From Candidatus Heimdallarchaeum endolithica (GTDB taxonomy: Archaea > Asgardarchaeota > Heimdallarchaeia > Heimdallarchaeales > Heimdallarchaeaceae), in assembly GCA_021513715.1 (NCBI GenBank), contig CP084167.1, forward strand, positions 1,888,001-1,952,000: 64,000 bases of DNA. Reading direction: 5' to 3'. Each line of letters opens with the position of its first letter. Position 1 is the stretch's first letter. Positions 58,267-64,000 of the stretch are shown here, piece by piece. The notes below the pieces were generated by a model. The model was not told the DNA's origin and made no database searches. It was given only the letters and a program-made list of their open reading frames with translations. The position numbers were made by a program, and so were the translations under genes.

Positions 58267-59052
58267 TCACTTTCCTTTATCCCATAGATATTCAAAATTA
58301 TTTGTGAACAGTTCTATTATTCCAGGATTCGACGAGAAGTGTGGTCTATAGATGTATTTTTCACCTGTTTTTGGTGACACCCATATTACAAAAACCACTT
58401 GATCCTCATCTACTATTGTTCCTCTTACTAGCACGCTTTCTTTTTCTATGAATTTTACTTTTGCACCTATTCTTCTTAATTGTTCTGCTATTGTCTTTGC
58501 TTTTTCATCAGCTACTGTCATAATTACTCTAACTTTTACCCCTTTTGTTGTTACTTGTTCTAATTCTTCCTTTATTTTATCAAACCAATAAAATACATTA
58601 GTAAATATTCTTATATCTTTTTTTGCATTTTTTATTATTTCAATTGTTTTTAATTCCATTTCCTCTAATGATGAGTATCCTTCTAATAGTTCTTCTGGAT
58701 TAATTTTTATTTGTCCTAAAAATGAGGTTATTTCATACACTCTGTTCTTTAAATTTTCCCACTCAGAGTTTATTTCTTGTTCCTTTTTTTCTAAAAATCT
58801 TGTGAATCCTTCCATTGGTGGTAGTACTCTAAATCTTTTTGGTCTTCCAGAAATTATTTTCACTAGTCCTAGTTTTGACAGGTTTTCAATTGTATCATAA
58901 ATCCTCGGTGTAGGGATTTTAGTTTTTTGATGTATTTGTTCTGCTGTTAATTCTGCTTCTGAATTGTCCATTAATGCCATATACGTTTTTATTTCATATT
59001 CAGTTAACCCCACCGATTTTAGCTTTTGTTTTAGCTTATCTTGGTTATCCAT
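58267..59052 (-). CDS. TrmB family transcriptional regulator
   Basis: GLTEYEIKTY, IPTPRIYD..L...GLV...GRP..F; PLD-like effector domain. Confidence 0.9.
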   Translation of the reverse strand: MDNQDKLKQKLKSVGLTEYEIKTYMALMDNSEAELTAEQIHQKTKIPTPRIYDTIENLSKLGLVKIISGRPKRFRVLPPMEGFTRFLEKKEQEINSEWENLKNRVYEITSFLGQIKINPEELLEGYSSLEEMELKTIEIIKNAKKDIRIFTNVFYWFDKIKEELEQVTTKGVKVRVIMTVADEKAKTIAEQLRRIGAKVKFIEKESVLVRGTIVDEDQVVFVIWVSPKTGEKYIYRPHFSSNPGIIELFTNNFEYLWDKGK

Positions 59053-59143
59053 AATTCAAAGATTATTTTTTTCTTAAAAAACTTATCTTAAAATTCTATT
59101 TTACGCAGTTAATCAAAGTAATCGTTATTATAATCTTTATTTT

Positions 59144-59923
59144 TTATTGGTTAGTTGAAAGCAGTTGCTTTAGTCTCCTCGGTGATTGTGCAGCTATTTT
59201 CGCTTCACTCAACAAATAACCTATCTCAGGAATTATTCCGTCTGCCCTTGTGTTTTTTTTACATATTAATCTATGTTCAAGGAATCCTATTCTTTCAATT
59301 ATTTCAATATCTTGACTGTGGTTTGTTTTTTTCAGTGCATCTTTGATCATTTTAGTTGTTGCTCCTGTAATTATTAGTGCTTCATTTTCCTCTTCAAATG
59401 GTTTTAGTAACCAGTCTAATGATTCTTTTGTTAGTTTTACTCTCAATTTTCTTCCAATTACTCGTTTTTCTGTCACTTCAAAGATTAACGGCAGATTTTC
59501 TATAAAACCGAAACTGTGAACTATTTTTTTTAATGATATTTTTCTATTTTTTACTAACTGCTTTCTTATTTCATATAGAGGATAAAGTGCATCTATTCTT
59601 TCTTCGCTTATATATACACCCATATCTATGAACAGACCGAAGTTTACACTTTCTGTTTTTCTTATTCTTCCAAAGTAACTTTTATTTTCTATAATTTCAC
59701 TTATATTATATTCCGCGCCATATTGATTATGAATAAAGTTTGCTACAATTTCTTCATCTTCTCCTTCAACATGTATTTCAGCTAAGTTTTCTTCTGAAAA
59801 ACTAATTTTTTTTATTTGAACATCTAGCTCATTAAATTCATTTTTAAGTATAAATTCTATTGATTTTTTTAGATTCTCCTCTGGTACATTATACAATTTA
59901 ATGAGTGTGCGTATCTTTTTCAT
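59144..59923 (-). CDS. DUF2110-like conserved archaeal protein
   Basis: GEDEEI..N, FGLFID, IERIGFLE...CK..T.ADGII..IG; next to trm56. Confidence 0.7.
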   Translation of the reverse strand: MKKIRTLIKLYNVPEENLKKSIEFILKNEFNELDVQIKKISFSEENLAEIHVEGEDEEIVANFIHNQYGAEYNISEIIENKSYFGRIRKTESVNFGLFIDMGVYISEERIDALYPLYEIRKQLVKNRKISLKKIVHSFGFIENLPLIFEVTEKRVIGRKLRVKLTKESLDWLLKPFEEENEALIITGATTKMIKDALKKTNHSQDIEIIERIGFLEHRLICKKNTRADGIIPEIGYLLSEAKIAAQSPRRLKQLLSTNQ

Positions 59924-60463
59924 TCACTCTTTTCTCCTTTTTTCAATCACTTTCTTTCCTTTTTTACATGGTTCTATCTCGACTCTTGCATCAGAATACC
60001 GTCTTTTTCTTCCTTTTCCATTTGTTATTTTGTCCAAGCATATTGCCAATGCGGCAACTTCTGAATGAGGTTGGTGTCCTATAGCAATGTTAAAGTCTGC
60101 TAAGTGATAGAACTCTATTTCTACCTTTGCTCCTCCAACAATAACTAGTATATCCTTATCCACTTTTCTTATTTCGTCTACTACGTCATCTATTTCTATT
60201 CCAAACATTGTTAAGTGAACAACTATTCCTCCATCTTTTTTCCATTGTTTAACAAATTGTCTTTCATTTTGTGTATACTCTACACCAAAGTTTCCGCCCC
60301 AACTCTCGACTATTTGAGTAACTGTTTGTTCAATTCTATTATCATACTCTCCACTATAAACTAGTTTTTGAGCTCCAAAGGCCCGAGCCACTAGAGCTAA
60401 ATGACTTGACATACGTTTATCTCGTGTTATTCTATGATGTAATCTTAAGACGACTATCTCCAT
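59924..60463 (-). CDS. trm56: tRNA (cytidine-56)-2'-O-methyltransferase
   Basis: HR..RDKR...H.ALVARAFGA, VHLTMFG, QPHSEVAALA. Confidence 0.94.
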   Translation of the reverse strand: MEIVVLRLHHRITRDKRMSSHLALVARAFGAQKLVYSGEYDNRIEQTVTQIVESWGGNFGVEYTQNERQFVKQWKKDGGIVVHLTMFGIEIDDVVDEIRKVDKDILVIVGGAKVEIEFYHLADFNIAIGHQPHSEVAALAICLDKITNGKGRKRRYSDARVEIEPCKKGKKVIEKRRKE

Positions 60464-60742
60464 TGTTTCGTTTTGCTTTTCAACTTACTTAAACTTGATG
60501 TTAGCAGTTTGACACGTGGCTCATCAAATATTTATTTTAGTTAGAACCATTATTAAAATAATAAGCAGATTACTATTTATCTAACCATAAGCTATATGTT
60601 TTTACAGACCTTTATTAAAAAGCCTAAAACTCTAATATTCTTTTAATTGTTCAATATTTAATCACAAGTTTATATCAATATAAAGTCTTTTATATTAGAA
60701 TTAGGAAATGAATAATAGAGAAATAAAGGGGTTGCCATACAT

Positions 60743-61945
60743 TTGTCTAAAGACAAACTATCACCTTTTGAAGAAGAAAAGAATGACCCAGCTTACTTAC
60801 TTTCCTATGCGCATCATTTGGAAAGGCAAGCCAGACAGTTAGAAAGCGAGAAGCAATTAGTTGAAAGTGAACGATTACGTTTACAACGTGAAGTCAACAA
60901 CCTTCGTGCAGAGCTAGAAAGACTTAGAACTCCTCCGCTTTTTATGGGCTATATAGTTGAGATAATTAGTGAAAATAAAGCTGTGGTTAGGAGTACAACT
61001 GGCCCTAATTTAGTTGTTTCAATTTCCAGAAGAATTGATCAGAGTCAATTAAAACCTCAAACAAGGGTCGCTTTAAATCAGCGAACATTTGCAATAATAG
61101 ATGTCTTACCACCTGCTAAAGACCCATTAGTAAGAAAAATGGAATTAATTGAAAAACCCACAGAAACTTATGCAGATATTGGTGGCCTAGATAAACAAAT
61201 TCAAGAAGTCAAAGAAACTGTTGAGTTACCGTTATTAAAACCAGAACTTTTTGAAAAAGTAGGTATCAATCCTCCAAAGGGTGTTCTTCTCCATGGACCT
61301 CCTGGAACAGGAAAAACTTTACTAGCGAAAGCTGTAGCAAATGAAACAAACGCTGCTTTTATTAGATTAATAGGGAGTGAGTTAGTTCAAAAATTCATCG
61401 GAGAAGGTGCAAGATTAGTAAGAGAGTTATTCGAGTTTGCCCGCGAAAATGCGCCGAGTATTCTCTTTATTGATGAATTAGATGCGATAGGGAGCAGAAG
61501 ATTAGATCTTGCAACAAGTGGCGACCGTGAAGTACAACGTACACTAATGCAATTATTGTCTGAACTAGATGGGTTTAACCCAAGAGGAGACGTAAAAGTA
61601 ATTGCTGCAACAAACAGATTGGATATCCTTGATCCTGCTTTACTAAGACCTGGTCGTTTTGATAGACTAATTGAGATTCCTATTCCTAATGAAGAAGCTA
61701 GAAGATCTATTTTCAAAATACATCTTAAAGGAATGAATATTTCTGAGGAAATTGATATTGATTATCTTGTTCAAATGACCGATGGGAGTAGTGGTGCAGA
61801 GATTCACAATATTACCATGGAAGCAGGTATGTTTGCAATTAGAAATAATCGTGATTATATTACAAATGAAGACTTTCATAATGCCGTAAAGAAAGTAAAA
61901 GGAGACAAAGAAAAGGTAGTACGAAACGTTACTGGATTTATCTAA
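60743..61945 (+). CDS. pan: Proteasome-activating nucleotidase
   Basis: Coiled coil, OB fold, GPPGTGKT, FIDELD, DREVQRTLMQLL, LLRPGRFDR. Confidence 0.95.
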   Translation: MSKDKLSPFEEEKNDPAYLLSYAHHLERQARQLESEKQLVESERLRLQREVNNLRAELERLRTPPLFMGYIVEIISENKAVVRSTTGPNLVVSISRRIDQSQLKPQTRVALNQRTFAIIDVLPPAKDPLVRKMELIEKPTETYADIGGLDKQIQEVKETVELPLLKPELFEKVGINPPKGVLLHGPPGTGKTLLAKAVANETNAAFIRLIGSELVQKFIGEGARLVRELFEFARENAPSILFIDELDAIGSRRLDLATSGDREVQRTLMQLLSELDGFNPRGDVKVIAATNRLDILDPALLRPGRFDRLIEIPIPNEEARRSIFKIHLKGMNISEEIDIDYLVQMTDGSSGAEIHNITMEAGMFAIRNNRDYITNEDFHNAVKKVKGDKEKVVRNVTGFI

Positions 61946-61977
61946 AAACTACCGTCACCATTTTTCTTTTTATTTGC

Positions 61978-62514
61978 TTAACTTTTTTGTTTTTTTTTCC
62001 AAGTATTTATCCTATTTTTTTGACGTTCAAAACCTTTCACAACATAAGAGTCGTGACCAAATTTTTTTACAAACATCTTTTTAGCTTCTTCAAAACTGAT
62101 TTCATTTTCTCCTTTTGAACAGTTGTCTGCAAACGAAACGATTTCTTCCTCAATAGTTTTAGGAACGTAATCATCTTCAGGAAGACCTAACTTTTTTGCT
62201 TCTTTTTTTGGAATACCTGTACCAATGTGTTTTTTTACAATATCAAGAACTTTTTCACTAATATTTTCTTTTTCTAAAATCTTTACTCCTTCAATTGCAT
62301 GAAAGATACTATGAGTTACAGATCTACCTATATCATGAAGCATTGCACCAGCAACTACAAGCTCCAAATTAACACCTTTTAAAGGTGAGGCTATTCGTTT
62401 CGCTATTTTTGTTACTACTTCACAGTGTCGAACTACATTTGGAGGAGTTTTATATTTTCTCAACAACATATAACATTCTTCTTCTGAAGGAATGTGTTTG
62501 TTTCGTTTTTGCAT
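61978..62514 (-). CDS. HD (HDIG) domain metal-dependent phosphohydrolase
   Basis: HC..V, LHDIGR, HIGTG, PKTIEE.IV..AD. Confidence 0.88.
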   Translation of the reverse strand: MQKRNKHIPSEEECYMLLRKYKTPPNVVRHCEVVTKIAKRIASPLKGVNLELVVAGAMLHDIGRSVTHSIFHAIEGVKILEKENISEKVLDIVKKHIGTGIPKKEAKKLGLPEDDYVPKTIEEEIVSFADNCSKGENEISFEEAKKMFVKKFGHDSYVVKGFERQKNRINTWKKKQKS

Positions 62515-62614
62515 AAAAACTAAAAAAATCAATCTTTTTTAAACCATTCCGAGACAATTTTTTTTGCTTTTAACAAATGAAAAGAGATATAACATGTGAG
62601 TTTAGATTATTTTT

Positions 62615-63091
62615 ATGAAACGAGAACGACCTTCCTTATTTGAACTTAGACAACTAAAATGTATCGCTGATGTACAGTTTGGTATAGGCTCAGGTGATGT
62701 TTTATTTTCTAATGATATCTTAGTTGAAAGGTCAAAAAGTACCAAAAGAATAAGATATGTATATTTAAACCAATATAGAATTTGCTCTTATCGAGTAACA
62801 GATGGATTTTTAGTTTTATCTTTAATGGGAGGGGAACTACTTCACAGCGCCAACTGTGGAAATAAAGTTGTTTGTCATCCAGATGCCGAACCTTTTATTC
62901 GGAAGAGCAAATCTTTATTTTCACAACATGTTCTTGAGAGCAATAAAGATATTCTAGTAAAAGACGAGGTAATTATCACTAGCAAAACAAATGAATTTCT
63001 GGGCGTAGGAACAGCGAAACTATCTTCACAGTATATGCAACACCTCAAAAGAGGAGTTGCAGTTAATACAAGAAAAGGTAAAAAAAATTAA
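62615..63091 (+). CDS. Stand-alone pre-PUA/PUA protein (TgtA C-terminal-like)
   Basis: IADVQFG, SKSTKRIRYV, DG.L.LS..GG, PUA with GVAV.TR end. Confidence 0.82.
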   Translation: MKRERPSLFELRQLKCIADVQFGIGSGDVLFSNDILVERSKSTKRIRYVYLNQYRICSYRVTDGFLVLSLMGGELLHSANCGNKVVCHPDAEPFIRKSKSLFSQHVLESNKDILVKDEVIITSKTNEFLGVGTAKLSSQYMQHLKRGVAVNTRKGKKN

Positions 63092-63094
63092 TTC

Positions 63095-63451
63095 CTATTT
63101 GGATTTAAGTCTAACAATTGCACCTGCTAAATCGCCATTCTCTTCTTCTAAGGCTTTTTGTGCTTCAGACTTTGAAGCACCAGTTTGTGTCATTATTAGT
63201 TTTATGTCTTCTTCAGAAACTTTTTTCTCGGGCAATTTTTGAGAATCTGCAGTAATTGGTCTTTCAATACCTTGCCCAATAACTTGATACATCTCTTCTC
63301 CGAAAGTTATCTTTGACACAGTGGGGTTAGGAATTGCAATCTCTTTGTTCTTAAAACGGATTATCACTTCTTCAACACCGTTAAGTTCTACTGTTTTCAT
63401 CTTCCCTTGTAACTTTTTTAGTTCTCTTGGACTTAAAGGCCTTTTTCCCAT
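63095..63451 (-). CDS. nac: Nascent polypeptide-associated complex protein
   Basis: VEEVII...I.NP.V...YQV.G; UBA EEDIKLIM.QTG...GDLA.AI. Confidence 0.92.
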   Translation of the reverse strand: MGKRPLSPRELKKLQGKMKTVELNGVEEVIIRFKNKEIAIPNPTVSKITFGEEMYQVIGQGIERPITADSQKLPEKKVSEEDIKLIMTQTGASKSEAQKALEEENGDLAGAIVRLKSK

Positions 63452-63471
63452 CAATTCAATCACATACTATT

Positions 63472-63771
63472 TTATTTATTTTCGTTTTCTTTCGTCTCAT
63501 CTTTTGAGATTTCATTTTCTTCGTCATCAAGATCTTCAAAGTCTATTTCTTCAGGAGTTGGAGTTATAATTAAAGTCCAACCTATCCAAGCAAGTAACAA
63601 CATTATGATTAGTATTGCAAAACTTATTATCCCTGCAGTTACATAATATCCAACAATCTGATATGTGTCGAAGTCTATTGCAGGAAGCACTATTGTTAAA
63701 ACAATGGTTGCACCTATCACTGCAATTGAAAAGAAAATTAAGAATAATCCAATTATTTTATCTTTGTTCAT
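63472..63771 (-). CDS. Two-TM membrane protein, DPM2-like
   Basis: Two hydrophobic helices, WIGWTL..TP.P, acidic tail; D...GL.L...S...........I.LP.ID pattern. Confidence 0.6.
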   Translation of the reverse strand: MNKDKIIGLFLIFFSIAVIGATIVLTIVLPAIDFDTYQIVGYYVTAGIISFAILIIMLLLAWIGWTLIITPTPEEIDFEDLDDEENEISKDETKENENK

Positions 63772-63852
63772 TTAATATCCTCCGTTTCTTCTAAAAAATA
63801 TAGTTTCAATTAATATTTAGATTTTTCTGATAAGGCCCATTTTCTATTTACT

Positions 63853-63999
63853 TTACTTTAAACATTTTTGCTCATTCAACCACTCGACATATAATTTTAT
63901 TCCTTCCTTTATTGTTACTTTATTTGACCAACCCAGAGATCTAATTTTATTAGTATCCATTGAAGTAAAAACAACATCTCCTTTCCATCCTCTTTCGCC
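63853..63999 (-). CDS. NAD-dependent epimerase/dehydratase, C-terminal fragment (gene starts beyond window)
   Basis: Manual translation GERGWKGDVVFTSMDTNKIRSLGW...IKEGIKLYVEW. Confidence 0.8.
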   Translation of the reverse strand, partial: GERGWKGDVVFTSMDTNKIRSLGWSNKVTIKEGIKLYVEWLNEQKCLK

Positions 64000-64000
64000 C

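Noticed and set aside
3613-63569. Numerous 60-155 aa ORFs antisense to or nested in core genes (e.g. 26156-26620, 31414-31881, 56517-56834)
   Set aside because: Shadow frames; F/S/L-rich composition follows from the skewed codon usage of the real gene

Overview
AT-rich archaeal chromosomal window, most likely from an Asgard archaeon (Heimdallarchaeia-like; inferred from gene content and order, not from a search). It is mostly core information-processing genes: cmk-rpl14e-cbf5, PolB1, secY, a 16-gene r-protein/Rpp29 block (uL22 to uL15), valS, hef, pyrH, aspS, tfe, csl4-rpoL, scattered A-ATPase subunits, rpl21e-rpoF-rsmA, aIF2a-nop10, srp54-pus10, trm56, pan, nac and five tRNAs (three with 37/38 introns). 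Cbf5 and PolB1 each carry an intein. The main anomaly is a ~7 kb accessory island between rpl15 and secY. It is built of two tandem units, each ending in [3' end of a large unknown gene + promoter + first 79 codons of secY], which suggests repeated integration into secY by elements that supply a replacement 5' end. The island also holds a frameshifted ~1260-aa gene, a 15-repeat LRR gene and a TIR-flanked 292-bp segment. A sharp A-to-T strand-skew flip at silent sites falls exactly on the secY junction and recurs around tRNA-Ile, and less cleanly around tRNA-Leu/Val. Other candidates are a PAS/longin(uDENN)-like/GAF-GAF protein, a DPM2-like membrane protein, long acidic r-protein tails and structured r-protein leaders. 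All family assignments come from motif recognition by eye; no searches were run.
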